A stretch of 64,000 nucleotides of DNA from an uncultured Alphaproteobacteria bacterium (GTDB lineage: Bacteria > Pseudomonadota > Alphaproteobacteria > RF32 > CAG-239): positions 8,565 through 72,564 of the forward strand of contig CALXTU010000005.1 of the NCBI GenBank assembly GCA_944391495.1, read 5' to 3'. The notes beneath the pieces were generated by a model. That model was not told the DNA's origin. It worked only from the letters and a program-made list of their open reading frames with translations, and did not search any database. The translations under genes and the position numbers were made by a program. Positions 40,931-51,498 of this stretch are shown here, piece by piece. Position 1 is the first letter of the stretch, and every line of letters starts with the position of its first letter.

Positions 40931-41721
40931 TGCGCGTTGTTATCAAAGATTCTTCCGCCGACTGTTCTTCCTGGACAGCCGGATATATTGCCTACCGCAT
41001 CAAAAAAGCGGCTCCGACGGCCAAAAAACCTTTTGTCCTCGGTTTGCCGACGGGCTCAACACCGTTGGGCGTTTACAAAGAGCTGATTAAACTCTACCAA
41101 AACAAAAAAGTTTCTTTTGAACATGTCGTAACTTTTAATATGGATGAATATGTCGGTCTGCCGCCCGAAGATAAAAACAGCTACCATTATTTTATGCAGG
41201 AAAACTTTTTCAAATACGTCAATATTCACCCCAAGAATATTCATATCCTGAACGGCATGACCAAAGACTACGCTGCCGAATGTGAAAACTATGAAAGAGC
41301 CATTCAGGCCTACGGCGGCATAGATTTGTTGCTCGGCGGAGTCGGAACGGACGGTCATATAGCTTTTAACGAGCCTTTTTCATCACTGTCTTCGCGCACG
41401 CGCATCAAAACTCTGGCTCCGTCAACCATAAAAGACAACTCCCGTTTCTTCAATAATGACATATCCCAAGTCCCGACCCAGGCGCTGACCATCGGTATCG
41501 GAACGATTATGGATGCCAAAGAAGTTATCATTATGGCTCTGGGCGCCAACAAAGCGGAGGCCATCCGTCAGGGGATTGAAGGCTGTGTCAATCATTTATG
41601 GCCGATAACGGCTTTACAGCAACACCGCTACGGTATTATCGTCTGCGATAAAGAGGCAGCTTCCGGATTATCAAAAAACACCGTCGGCTATTTCAAAAGT
41701 ATTGAAAGCCCTGCTTCATAA
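40930..41721 (+). CDS. nagB: Glucosamine-6-phosphate deaminase
   Basis: LGLPTGSTP, TFNMDEYVGL, DGHIAFNEP. Confidence 0.96.
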   Translation: MRVVIKDSSADCSSWTAGYIAYRIKKAAPTAKKPFVLGLPTGSTPLGVYKELIKLYQNKKVSFEHVVTFNMDEYVGLPPEDKNSYHYFMQENFFKYVNIHPKNIHILNGMTKDYAAECENYERAIQAYGGIDLLLGGVGTDGHIAFNEPFSSLSSRTRIKTLAPSTIKDNSRFFNNDISQVPTQALTIGIGTIMDAKEVIIMALGANKAEAIRQGIEGCVNHLWPITALQQHRYGIIVCDKEAASGLSKNTVGYFKSIESPAS

Positions 41722-41772
41722 ACAGCCAAAAAAAAGCTCCGTTAAAAAACGGAGCTTTTTTTTGCGAACAAT

Positions 41773-44166
41773 TTATGCATCACGCAGCTGTGCCGAAGAA
41801 ATTTTCTTCTTTACTTCTACCTCAACTTTATTCATCAGCGTTTCAATATCCTGATCGCTGAAAGTTGTCGTCTTCGGCTGGAAAGTGATAGCCAGCGCAA
41901 TCGATTTTTTGCCCTGCGGCAGGTTTTCGCCTTCATAGACGTCAAACACCCGCACGCTGCCGATATAGTTTCTGTCGGCATTTCTGGCGGCCGCCATGAC
42001 ATCATCGGCATGAACAGCTGCATCGACAATAAAAGCCATATCTTTGTCAACCGGCTGCAAAGCGGACAATTCAAGTTTTTTCTTCGCTTTGTCTTTATTG
42101 CCGCGCGGCAGCGGAATGTTGTCCAAAAAGACTTCAAAAGCCTCTACCCGTTGCTTGATACCGAATTTTTTGATAATCTGCGGATGCAGCTCGCCGAAGT
42201 AGGCAACCACATTGCTCCCGAGCCGCAAAGCGCCGCTGCGTCCCGGATGATAGTACGACGGCGCATCGGTTGAAACCCGGACACTGTCAAACGGACCGTT
42301 TGCCGCGGCAATAACCGCCAAAGCATCGGCCTTAACATCAAAGACGTCAAACGGACGTTCTTCTTTCAGCCAGTGTTTTTTTCCGGTCATACCGCTGCGG
42401 ATACCGCCGGCTGCCAGTCTTTGCTCACCCGGCTTACGTCCGTAAAATTCCGGTCCGCATTCAAACAAACAGATGTCGACATAACCGCGAGCAATATTGT
42501 TTTTAAGCCCCAACAGCAGATTAACCAGAACCGAGGGCCGCATTTCATCAAGCTCGGCCGTAATCGGATTACACAGTAACACCGGTTCCGCAACCCGCCG
42601 GAAATCTTTGGCCAGTTTTGAATCGGTAAAACTCCAGGTAACCGTTTCCAGCAATCCTCTGGAAGCCAATTCATGCTTCACCGTAACCACCCGGTGCTGT
42701 TCCGGGGTTAAAACCTGCGACGGAAAATAAGCCCTCGGCATTGAAACGGCAGGGATATTATCCAGACCGATCATCCGCACGACCTCTTCAATCAAATCAT
42801 GCTCCCCTTCTATATCGCCGCGCCAGGTCGGTGCCGTCGCCCATATTTTATCACCGTCTTCACGCGTTGCAAAACCGAGACGGTTCAATATTTCGACAAT
42901 CTTGGCCGGAGCAATATCCAGACCGATAAAGCTCTTTAACCGCGCCGGGCGGATATAAGTCGTCACCGGCTGATAATTCTCTTCGCCGGCAATTTCAATT
43001 TCCGAAGCCTCACCGCCGCAAATTTCCAAAATCAGCTGCGTGGCATAATCGGAACCGAGAACGTTTGAATTCGGATCAACCCAGCGCTCATAACGATAGC
43101 GTGAATCCGAATCAATCTGGAACTTGCGTCCCGTCCGGGCAATACAGGCCGGAGCAAACAACGCGCTCTCCAGCAGCACGTTGACCGTGTCCGCCGAACA
43201 CCCCTTCTCTGCACCGCCCATGACGCCGCCCAGACACTGGATTCCCTCATCATCGCAAATTCCGAGCGCCTGATCGTCCAGCGAATATTCTTTCTCATCC
43301 AACGCTACAAACTTTTCGCCGTTTTTGGCCATCCGCACGCAAATATTACCCTTAAGTTTATCCGCATCAAAAACGTGCAGCGGCCGCGCCATGTCATAAT
43401 TGATATAGTTGGTAATATCAACCAGCGGCGAAATTGAGCGCAGCCCGATGGCTGTCAGCCGGTCTTTCATCCACTTCGGTGTTTCGGCCTTGTTATTGAC
43501 GCCGCGGATATAACGCGCCGTATACACCGGACAAGCTTTAAAATCTTCAACCGTTACTTTAATCGGTGATTTGAAGCTGCCGTTTTGACGATTAATTTTC
43601 AACGGCTTCAATGTCCCGAGACCGGCCGCGGCCAAATCTCTGGCCACGCCGCGTACGCCCAGACATTCGGCACGGTTCGGCGTAATCGCGATATCAAATA
43701 CCGGATCAGCCTTGTAAACTTCGGCCAGAGTTAAACCTAACGGTGCATTGGCCGGCAATTCGATAATGCCTTCATGATTCGTGCCGACGCCGATTTCATC
43801 TTCGGCACACATCATGCCGAAACTTTCCACGCCGCGGATTTTACCAACCTTTATTTCCTCCTTAAACAGCGGAATATAAGCACCGACCTGCGCCAAAATA
43901 CCGACCAGACCGACCTTGACGTTCGGTGCGCCGCAGACAATCTGTCGTATTGTCGTACCGTCATTGACTTTCAGGACATGAAGATGATCGGAATCCGGAT
44001 GGGCTGCCACCTCTTCGATTCTGGCGGTAACAAAACCGTTCATGTTTTCAAACGGATTAATAACCTCCTCAACCTCCAGACCGATTTTAGTCAGCGTTTC
44101 CGCAATCTTCTCAACGCTGGCTTCTGTCTCCAGATGTTCTTTCAACCAGGATAATGTAAATTTCAT
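41773..44166 (-). CDS. pheT: Phenylalanine-tRNA ligase beta subunit
   Basis: MKFTLSWLKEH, CGAPN, ITPNR, FDVYEG. Confidence 0.97.
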   Translation of the reverse strand: MKFTLSWLKEHLETEASVEKIAETLTKIGLEVEEVINPFENMNGFVTARIEEVAAHPDSDHLHVLKVNDGTTIRQIVCGAPNVKVGLVGILAQVGAYIPLFKEEIKVGKIRGVESFGMMCAEDEIGVGTNHEGIIELPANAPLGLTLAEVYKADPVFDIAITPNRAECLGVRGVARDLAAAGLGTLKPLKINRQNGSFKSPIKVTVEDFKACPVYTARYIRGVNNKAETPKWMKDRLTAIGLRSISPLVDITNYINYDMARPLHVFDADKLKGNICVRMAKNGEKFVALDEKEYSLDDQALGICDDEGIQCLGGVMGGAEKGCSADTVNVLLESALFAPACIARTGRKFQIDSDSRYRYERWVDPNSNVLGSDYATQLILEICGGEASEIEIAGEENYQPVTTYIRPARLKSFIGLDIAPAKIVEILNRLGFATREDGDKIWATAPTWRGDIEGEHDLIEEVVRMIGLDNIPAVSMPRAYFPSQVLTPEQHRVVTVKHELASRGLLETVTWSFTDSKLAKDFRRVAEPVLLCNPITAELDEMRPSVLVNLLLGLKNNIARGYVDICLFECGPEFYGRKPGEQRLAAGGIRSGMTGKKHWLKEERPFDVFDVKADALAVIAAANGPFDSVRVSTDAPSYYHPGRSGALRLGSNVVAYFGELHPQIIKKFGIKQRVEAFEVFLDNIPLPRGNKDKAKKKLELSALQPVDKDMAFIVDAAVHADDVMAAARNADRNYIGSVRVFDVYEGENLPQGKKSIALAITFQPKTTTFSDQDIETLMNKVEVEVKKKISSAQLRDA

Positions 44167-44176
44167 TTTATCTCTC

Positions 44177-45280
44177 CTATCTCGTCAAGCCGCCGTTATT
44201 GCTTAAACCGCCGGTCATCGACGATTCGTCCAAAGGCATAAAGCCGTAATGTTTCAGCCAGCGTATATCCGATTCAAAAAACGTGCGCAAATCCGGAATT
44301 CCGTATTTCAGCATCGCCAGACGATCCAGTCCGACACCGAAGGCAAACCCCTGATATTCTTCCGGATCAATACCGCAGGCCTTCAAAACATTCGGATGCA
44401 CCATACCGCAGCCGAGAATCTCCAGCCAGTCACTGCCGGCACCGATTTTAAGCTCGGTTTTGCTTTTTTTGCAACCGATATCCATTTCGGCCGACGGTTC
44501 GGTAAACGGAAAATACGACGGCCGGTAGCGCACCGGAACATCGTCCAGTTCAAAAAAGGCTTTGACAAAGTCATACAGACACCCTTTCAGATTGGCAAAA
44601 GTCGTCGTTTTGTCAACAACCAGCCCCTCCACCTGATGAAACATCGGCGTATGCGTGGCATCATAATCCGAACGATATGTCCGCCCCGGCGCAATAATGC
44701 GAATCGGCGGCTGCTTTTTCTCCATCGTACGGATTTGTACGGCCGAAGTTTGTGTCCTGACAACATAGCTGTCATCAAAATTATCGCTTTCCGGATTCGG
44801 AATATAAAACGTGTCCTGCATCTGACGCGCCGGATGATTTGCCGGCGTGTTCAACGCATTAAAGTTATGAAACTGATCTTCGATATCCGGCCCGTCGGCA
44901 ACTTCAAAACCCATCTCACCAAAGATGGCGACAACTTCTTCATAAATTTTTGAAACCGGATGAATACGTCCGATATTTTCGTCCCGAACCGGCAAAGTGA
45001 CATCAATCGTTTCCGTTTTCAGTTTTTCATCAAGCTCTTTGGCAGCGAGTTCCTGTTTCCTGATCTCCAGTGCTTTTTCAATCTCGCCTTTAACCGAATT
45101 TAACTGCTGCCCGAACTGCTTTCTCGCCTCTATATCCAAACCGGAAAGCCCTTTCATCTGCTCGGTCAGGCTGCCTTTTTTGCCCAATACGGCCACCCTG
45201 ATATCTTCCAGAGCTTTCACATCTGCGGCGCCGTTAATTTCTTCCAGGACCTGAATTTTCAAATTATCAATATTTTCCAT
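44177..45280 (-). CDS. pheS: Phenylalanine-tRNA ligase alpha subunit
   Basis: HPARQMQDTF, FHQVEGL, YFPFTEPS, GFAFG. Confidence 0.98.
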   Translation of the reverse strand: MENIDNLKIQVLEEINGAADVKALEDIRVAVLGKKGSLTEQMKGLSGLDIEARKQFGQQLNSVKGEIEKALEIRKQELAAKELDEKLKTETIDVTLPVRDENIGRIHPVSKIYEEVVAIFGEMGFEVADGPDIEDQFHNFNALNTPANHPARQMQDTFYIPNPESDNFDDSYVVRTQTSAVQIRTMEKKQPPIRIIAPGRTYRSDYDATHTPMFHQVEGLVVDKTTTFANLKGCLYDFVKAFFELDDVPVRYRPSYFPFTEPSAEMDIGCKKSKTELKIGAGSDWLEILGCGMVHPNVLKACGIDPEEYQGFAFGVGLDRLAMLKYGIPDLRTFFESDIRWLKHYGFMPLDESSMTGGLSNNGGLTR

Positions 45281-45360
45281 CGTTTCACCGTTTTTAAAAT
45301 TAAAAAGAGTCTTACCTGATCGCTCAAGCAGGACTCTTCGGATATATGTTTAGAAAAAAA

Positions 45361-45720
45361 TTATTTGCTTAAAGAAGCCTTGACTTGGTCAACCAGTTTA
45401 GCGAAAGTTTCGGGCTCTTTAACAGCGATATCGGCCAACACCTTACGATCAAGCTCAATACCAGCTCTGGCGAGCCCGTTCATAAATCGGGAATAGGTCA
45501 TATCGTGCAGTCTGGCGGCAGCATTGATACGCTGAATCCACAGGCTGCGGAAATTTCTTTTCTTGGTACGTCTGTCGCGATAAGCATATTGCAGTGCTTT
45601 TTCAACTTTTTCTACGGCAACGCGGAAGACGTTATTATTGCGGCCGCGATAGCCTCTGGCCATCGACAACACTTTTTTGTGACGGGCATGAGCCGTAACA
45701 CCTCTTTTTACACGAGACAT
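45361..45720 (-). CDS. rplT: 50S ribosomal protein L20
   Basis: [26 protein letters not shown]. Confidence 0.98.
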   Translation of the reverse strand: MSRVKRGVTAHARHKKVLSMARGYRGRNNNVFRVAVEKVEKALQYAYRDRRTKKRNFRSLWIQRINAAARLHDMTYSRFMNGLARAGIELDRKVLADIAVKEPETFAKLVDQVKASLSK

Positions 45721-45732
45721 TCTTCAACACTC

Positions 45733-45930
45733 CTACAAATAAGGTAAAAACTGTTTAACAATCTTAACATCGGATTCGGCCAGCAAGGTCGTTCCGCGAG
45801 CTTGTCTTTTCATTTTCTGGGTTTTGCAGAAGAGGCAGTGTCTCTTGTAAGCAAAATTTCTTTTCAATTTGCCGGTGCCGGTAACGCCGAAACGTTTTTT
45901 TACGGCACTCTTTGTTTTTAATTTTGGCAT
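45733..45930 (-). CDS. rpmI: 50S ribosomal protein L35
   Basis: MPKLKTKSAVKKRF..TGTGK. Confidence 0.97.
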   Translation of the reverse strand: MPKLKTKSAVKKRFGVTGTGKLKRNFAYKRHCLFCKTQKMKRQARGTTLLAESDVKIVKQFLPYL

Positions 45931-46125
45931 TTTAATCCCTTTCTGTTCTTATCGGATTGTTCAAGAGCTGACAGGCATACCAAACAGCCCGTCCGCCCGG
46001 TTCGTCTGCGTTTATATAACCAAACCTTTTAAAAATCAAGCATTATTTGCACATTATTTTCCTGACTGCCGCCAAAAACAAAAAAATGCCCTCGACAACG
46101 GCAAAGGGCATTTTCTGTTTTCAGC

Positions 46126-46983
46126 CTATTTAGCCTCTGGCTTTTTCTGTGGCGTTTTTTTAGCTTTTCCGGCCGGTTTGGTCTTTGCCCGGGAACCGTG
46201 CTGAACCTTCGTAGCGACCGTTTTCGTCTCCGCCGTGACGGCTTCTTCTTCGCCGGCTTTTGCCTTGGACTTTACCTTTCCGGTCGCCGCGGCCGGTTTG
46301 CTCGCGGTCTTTTTAACCACCGCCTTTACCGGCTTGGCTTTAACCGTTTTTTTCTCCGGAGCGGTCGTTCTTTTCCGCCCGGCTGATTTCACTGCCGGAG
46401 TTTTCTTTTCTTTCGGTTTATCTTCGGTTTTATGCTCTTTGGCAGCCTCTTTGCAGACATACATATTTTTAGCCGAAGCCGCAACCGCCGGTTCAACGAC
46501 AATGGCATCACAACTGTCATCTGCTGCCAGTTTATAATGTTTGTCCAGACAGCCGGCAATTGATTTATGCCGTACCAAAATCATAAATACGGCCGTCAGG
46601 ATCGTCAAAATCGTTATCAGATACCGCAGATTCGTGACAATGATAATGGTATTGACCAACGTAATCAGATGATACTCATACTGCGGCCCCGCCATAACAA
46701 TCCAAACCGCCGCCAGCGCATTGACGATAAAGATGACCGCAATCGCATACGGAACCCAGCCGACGGACACCAGCAGTGTCGAGATAACCGGCGCCTTGCG
46801 AATGGCCCGGTCAATTCCTTTAATCGGCTGCAACCAGTTCATCGGAATTAAAAACAACAACAGCAATACCGACAACCCCGCGTCAATAAGGCTGCTCTGT
46901 AAACTTCCCGCCATCGAAAAGAACTGCGATATAATCCAGTATATTCCGCCAATCCATAAACTTTGTTTCCAATAACTGCTCAT
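46126..46983 (-). CDS. Membrane protein with Lys/Ala-rich (histone H1-like) tail
   Basis: About 4 TMs then a KA/PA-rich low-complexity C-terminus; GGAG RBS before ATG at 46983. Confidence 0.7.
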   Translation of the reverse strand: MSSYWKQSLWIGGIYWIISQFFSMAGSLQSSLIDAGLSVLLLLFLIPMNWLQPIKGIDRAIRKAPVISTLLVSVGWVPYAIAVIFIVNALAAVWIVMAGPQYEYHLITLVNTIIIVTNLRYLITILTILTAVFMILVRHKSIAGCLDKHYKLAADDSCDAIVVEPAVAASAKNMYVCKEAAKEHKTEDKPKEKKTPAVKSAGRKRTTAPEKKTVKAKPVKAVVKKTASKPAAATGKVKSKAKAGEEEAVTAETKTVATKVQHGSRAKTKPAGKAKKTPQKKPEAK

Positions 46984-46993
46984 TTTTTTCTCC

Positions 46994-47716
46994 TTAATAA
47001 AAATTACGATCGCTGACGAACTTTTCCGCCCGCATATCAATCAGCTTTCCGCCGTCCAGTTTTACTTTACGATCCATACGGTCTGCCAGTTCAAAATTGT
47101 GGGTGGCAATCAGAGCGCTCAACCCGGTCTCTTTAACCACCGCCAGCAAAGCCGCAAAAACCGTTTCCGAAGTTTTCGGATCCAGATTCCCGGTCGGTTC
47201 GTCGGCCAATAAAAGTTTCGGTGCATTGGCCAACGCTCGGGCAATAGCCACCCGTTGCTGTTCTCCGCCCGACATTTCTGCCGGCCGGTGTTTAAATCTC
47301 TTGTCCAGTCCCATTTTTTTCAAAAGCCATTTGGCCCGCTCTTCTGCCTCTTTGGTCTTAACCCCGGCAATCAGCTGCGGTATCATCACATTTTCCACGG
47401 CATCAAAATCCGCCAGCAGATTATGATACTGATATACAAAACCCAGATAATCCCGCCGCAGCAGCGTACGCATCGTATCGCCGAGTTTGGAACAATTTTG
47501 CCCGTCGAGATAAATATCGCCTTTGGTCGGTTTTTCCAAGAGTCCGGCAATCTGCAGCATTGTCGACTTTCCTGACCCCGACGGCCCGACCAAAGCCACG
47601 ATTTCGCCTTTTTCAATCTCCAGTTCCACCCCGCGCAAAACCTGCAGGTTTTGCGTGCCCTGCTTAAACGAACGGTAAACGTTTTTCAATTCTATAACCG
47701 GTGCTTTATCATTCAT
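46994..47716 (-). CDS. lolD: Lipoprotein-releasing ABC ATPase
   Basis: GPSGSGKST, GFVYQYHNLL, SGGEQQR, ADEPTGNLD. Confidence 0.93.
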   Translation of the reverse strand: MNDKAPVIELKNVYRSFKQGTQNLQVLRGVELEIEKGEIVALVGPSGSGKSTMLQIAGLLEKPTKGDIYLDGQNCSKLGDTMRTLLRRDYLGFVYQYHNLLADFDAVENVMIPQLIAGVKTKEAEERAKWLLKKMGLDKRFKHRPAEMSGGEQQRVAIARALANAPKLLLADEPTGNLDPKTSETVFAALLAVVKETGLSALIATHNFELADRMDRKVKLDGGKLIDMRAEKFVSDRNFY

Positions 47717-48956
47717 AACGCAAAGCCTCCACCGGATCAAGTTTCGCCGCCCGCCAGGCCGGATACAACGTAGCGGCAAACGACAACAGCAGCGAGATGC
47801 CAACCACGCTTAAGACCTCAGCCGTATCAACCTTGGCCGGAAGCTTTGACAGAAAATAAATTTCGGCCGAAAAAAGGTCGCGCCCCAACAAAGACTGCAG
47901 TCCCTGGCGTATTTCCTCAATATTCTCACAGAACAACAGCCCGAGAACCAGTCCCAGCGCCGTTCCGACCACGCCGATAAGCGCACCGTCCATAAAGAAA
48001 ATCCGCATAATCATTCCCTTTGTGGCGCCCATTGTCCGCAAAACGGCGATATCGCGCCCCTTGTCTTTAACCAGCATAATCAAACCGGTAATAATATTAA
48101 AGGCCGCCACCAGAATAATCAGTGTCAGGATAACGAACATCACGTTGCGCTCAACTTCAATAGCGTTAAAGAACGCGGCATTGCTCTGCTTCCAGTCATA
48201 GATATAAGCACCGCCGCCCAAACTTCTTTCCAACGCGGTACGCACGACCTGAAGATACTTATCATCGTCAATCGTCACGTCAATATTGGTCACGGCGCCC
48301 GGCAGACCAAAATAAACCTGGGCAGACTCCAACGGCATAAAAATAAAATTGGCATCATATTCATACATACCGGAATCAAACAATCCGATAACCTGGTAAG
48401 ACTTCATCCGCGGCACGGTGCCGAATGCCGTCACTTTGCCGTTAGGCGACAACAAAGTAACCTTATCCCCCTCGCTCACTCCCATTTTACGAGCCAAGCG
48501 AATACCCATGATAATCTTATCGGCCTCAAAATAATCCATGTCAACCTTGGCAACGGCCTTAGCCAGAGCCGGTTTACGCAGCATATCTTCTGCCGAAATT
48601 CCTCTGACCATTGCGCCCTCGGCCGATTTTCCGGCCGTAACCAAAAGCTGGTTTTCAATCATCGGCACGGCCAGTTGGATATGTTCAAGTTCTTCAATTT
48701 CCGCAATGGCATTACGATAGTTGTTAAACGGATAGCCATTCGGCGCCATAATGCCTATATGACCGTTAATTCCGAGAATACGCCCCAAAAGTTCATGCCG
48801 AAACCCGTTCATAACGCTCATAACGATAATCAGTGTCGCCACACCGAGAGCAATACCGGTAAACGCGAACCCCGTAATTACCGAAATAAACCCTTCCCGG
48901 CGCCGCGCCCGTAAATAACGTCCGGCCATTTTGCGTTCAAACTGCGAAAAAATCAT
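47709..48956 (-). CDS. lolC: Lipoprotein-releasing ABC permease LolC/E
   Basis: GIALGVATLIIVMSVMNGF, YPAWRAAKLDPVEALRYE. Confidence 0.92.
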   Translation of the reverse strand: MIFSQFERKMAGRYLRARRREGFISVITGFAFTGIALGVATLIIVMSVMNGFRHELLGRILGINGHIGIMAPNGYPFNNYRNAIAEIEELEHIQLAVPMIENQLLVTAGKSAEGAMVRGISAEDMLRKPALAKAVAKVDMDYFEADKIIMGIRLARKMGVSEGDKVTLLSPNGKVTAFGTVPRMKSYQVIGLFDSGMYEYDANFIFMPLESAQVYFGLPGAVTNIDVTIDDDKYLQVVRTALERSLGGGAYIYDWKQSNAAFFNAIEVERNVMFVILTLIILVAAFNIITGLIMLVKDKGRDIAVLRTMGATKGMIMRIFFMDGALIGVVGTALGLVLGLLFCENIEEIRQGLQSLLGRDLFSAEIYFLSKLPAKVDTAEVLSVVGISLLLSFAATLYPAWRAAKLDPVEALRYE

Positions 48957-49091
48957 AATCTTTGCTTTTTATCAGTTTATCCCTTCGTTTTTATAGTCCC
49001 TTTATCCGCCCTTGACAACCTCGGAACACAACTTATGCAAAGAAAAGCTCTGCTTTTTAAACAGAGCTTTTCCTTCTTTCCGCTCCGCCGT

Positions 49092-49754
49092 TTATCTGTG
49101 CCCCAGAAGCCCTTCGGATATCTGGCGGTTTATATTAATAAAACTGTCCAGCATCTTCTGGTCGATATTATCCAGATTCTGCCCGAGTTTTATCGTATTT
49201 TTGGCAACATAATCCGCCAGTTTAATCAGGTTATTCCTGGTTTCCTTCGGCAGTTTGCTGTTTTCGGCGCTCATCAGGGTTTTAATCATAATCCATAATT
49301 TCTGATTGCTGTCCAGCGCCTCGACAAACTGTGTTTTGTCGCCGGACTTTCCCGCCACCGACAAATCCAAACCGCATTTGGCCAGATAATACGCCTCCTG
49401 CTGCGCCAGATTGGCATTAACCGATTCCATCAGTCCTTCGGAAATCTGACGGTTGATTTCCGCCAGCGATTTATAATAGTTCTCGGTCATGTCAACACCT
49501 TTGGAAATCGTCACCTGTTCAACATATTTTGACAATTTGGTGAGATTATCTTTAATTTCCTGCGGCAAAAAGTTTTTCGGGCTTTTCATTGAGGCCTCGA
49601 TTGCCACCCACATTTTCAGATTTTCATCCAGCACCAACACTTTATAATCATTATTTTTTGACTTGGCCGCACTTTCCAGAAAATCGGCATATTCACGCAA
49701 AAGTTCGGCCTCTTGACTGGCCCCGTCAATTTGATTTTTGATTTCATCTAACAT
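49092..49754 (-). CDS. flaF: FlaF-family flagellar regulator with two tandem FlaF domains
   Basis: Twice LD.N.K.W........N/S.LP.E...NL..L..YV...IN RQISEGL; next to flgH. Confidence 0.75.
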   Translation of the reverse strand: MLDEIKNQIDGASQEAELLREYADFLESAAKSKNNDYKVLVLDENLKMWVAIEASMKSPKNFLPQEIKDNLTKLSKYVEQVTISKGVDMTENYYKSLAEINRQISEGLMESVNANLAQQEAYYLAKCGLDLSVAGKSGDKTQFVEALDSNQKLWIMIKTLMSAENSKLPKETRNNLIKLADYVAKNTIKLGQNLDNIDQKMLDSFININRQISEGLLGHR

Positions 49755-50003
49755 TGTTATTATCCATTTTTATAAGCGGTTGATATCAAAAACTTTCTAA
49801 ACTATCCTGAAACTTAAAAACAGAAAAGGGTTTGAGCCACAAAGTCGTTGGGGAATATAAAAAAACGCTTTTATGTTCAAACCCTTCTGTTCAAGTCAGA
49901 TGCACCCGGTTTACTGCCGGTTGCTTTTTTCAAGAAAAAATTGGGGAGATTTTTTCAAGAAAATTTATCACATAATAATAAGGGAAACTTGTTATATGCA
50001 GCC

Positions 50004-50765
50004 CTAGAACGGCGCAACGATATCCAGTATCTGCCGGCCGTAACGCGGCTGCTGTACGTCGGAAATAACCCCCTCACCGCCGTAAGAAACTCTGAGCTCG
50101 GCAATCTTGCTCGATTCGATGGTGTTATCCGAGGATATATCCGCCCGCCGGATAATCCCGCGCATTGTCAACTGGCGCACCTCATAGCTCACTCTGATTT
50201 CCTGCGTACCCTCAATCACCAGATTGCCGTTCGGCAGCACCTGGGTAACAATGGCGGCAAACGTAACGTCAATATTCTCCTTACGGTCAATTTTTCCGTC
50301 ACCGGCAATTTCCCGGTTAGAGTTGATGTCGATGGTCGTATCTTTATCAACGGCATCGGGGAAAACTTTTCCCAAATATTGTTCATAACCGAAAAAGGCC
50401 GATATTCCCATTGAATCTTTATTGTCATCACGGTTTTGCTCCATTTCGTTTTCCATCAGGGCATTATCTTGAGCCGAAATCTTAACCGTAATAATATCGC
50501 CGACCTTAGCCGCCCTCTGATCTTTAAAGAAACCGCTCGCCCCCGGATGCCACAACGAATTGGCGGCCTGTTTTCCTTCCTGGGGCTCAGGCATCGGCAT
50601 CGTCACCGGCTCATATCCCCTGGCCTCCACCGGATTGGTAATCGGCGACAACGGCGGTTCCTGTCCGACGCGTTCCAGCTTTGACCACATACCGCAACCC
50701 GACAATGACGTTGCCAGCAGCAATACGGCTGTTCCTCTTATAATATTTTCACTCATAAATCCCAT
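50004..50765 (-). CDS. flgH: Flagellar L-ring protein
   Basis: Lipobox LSGC, NSLW, FKDQRAAKVGDIITV, VLPNGNLVIEG. Confidence 0.95.
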   Translation of the reverse strand: MGFMSENIIRGTAVLLLATSLSGCGMWSKLERVGQEPPLSPITNPVEARGYEPVTMPMPEPQEGKQAANSLWHPGASGFFKDQRAAKVGDIITVKISAQDNALMENEMEQNRDDNKDSMGISAFFGYEQYLGKVFPDAVDKDTTIDINSNREIAGDGKIDRKENIDVTFAAIVTQVLPNGNLVIEGTQEIRVSYEVRQLTMRGIIRRADISSDNTIESSKIAELRVSYGGEGVISDVQQPRYGRQILDIVAPF

Positions 50766-50782
50766 TTCAATAGCTCCCCGGA

Positions 50783-51487
50783 CTATTCGGCCGCAATTTC
50801 GACCGTATTTTTATCAATGACCTTCCCGATGACTTCTTTTCCGCTTTTGGTATTCAGGAGCTTAATTCTCTGCCCCCTGGCGCCGTCTTCCTGCGCCTCA
50901 AGTTTTGAGGTTATCTGCAACCCCTTATAGTGATAAACCGCCGTCACCTCCTGATTCCGCTTAATCACGATTTCTTCGCGGATATCTCTTGATGTTATCG
51001 GTTTCTCGGCTTTTATCGCTCTGACGGTCTGCCGGCCGACCAAATCTTCTTTTGCCGTAACCGTATCATTGCGCAGCCGGTTGGCCCGAATGGCAATTCG
51101 TTTCAGATCCTCTGCTTTAATCACCGCACCTTTGTCAATATCTTTTGCCGGAACCCAGGTTTCCGTTATCACAAAATAGCGGCCGAAAAGTTTGGTCTTT
51201 CCTGCCGGCTGGCCATCGGCAAAAATTTCCGCCTCGGCCGTAAATTTGTTTTGCTCTGCATTGGTTTCCAAATGGCTTACCAGAATTTTGGCTTCTGCCG
51301 TATTATCCAAAACGAACTCCGTCTGTCCGCCGAAAAATTCAACTTCCGTCTGCTCTGTTATCCCTTGTTCGACAAACTCACGCTGCACCGCCGCGGCCAT
51401 ATCCTCAACACCGAGGACAAAGGCTTCCTGCCCCCGCGCCGTCAGCGCCGTCAACAACACTATTCCGATTGTCAGCCAAAAACGCAT
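50783..51487 (-). CDS. flgA: Flagellar P-ring chaperone
   Basis: SAF domain; AQEDGARGQRIKLLNTKSGK; between flgG and flgH. Confidence 0.88.
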   Translation of the reverse strand: MRFWLTIGIVLLTALTARGQEAFVLGVEDMAAAVQREFVEQGITEQTEVEFFGGQTEFVLDNTAEAKILVSHLETNAEQNKFTAEAEIFADGQPAGKTKLFGRYFVITETWVPAKDIDKGAVIKAEDLKRIAIRANRLRNDTVTAKEDLVGRQTVRAIKAEKPITSRDIREEIVIKRNQEVTAVYHYKGLQITSKLEAQEDGARGQRIKLLNTKSGKEVIGKVIDKNTVEIAAE

Positions 51488-51498
51488 TCGTCGTTTTC

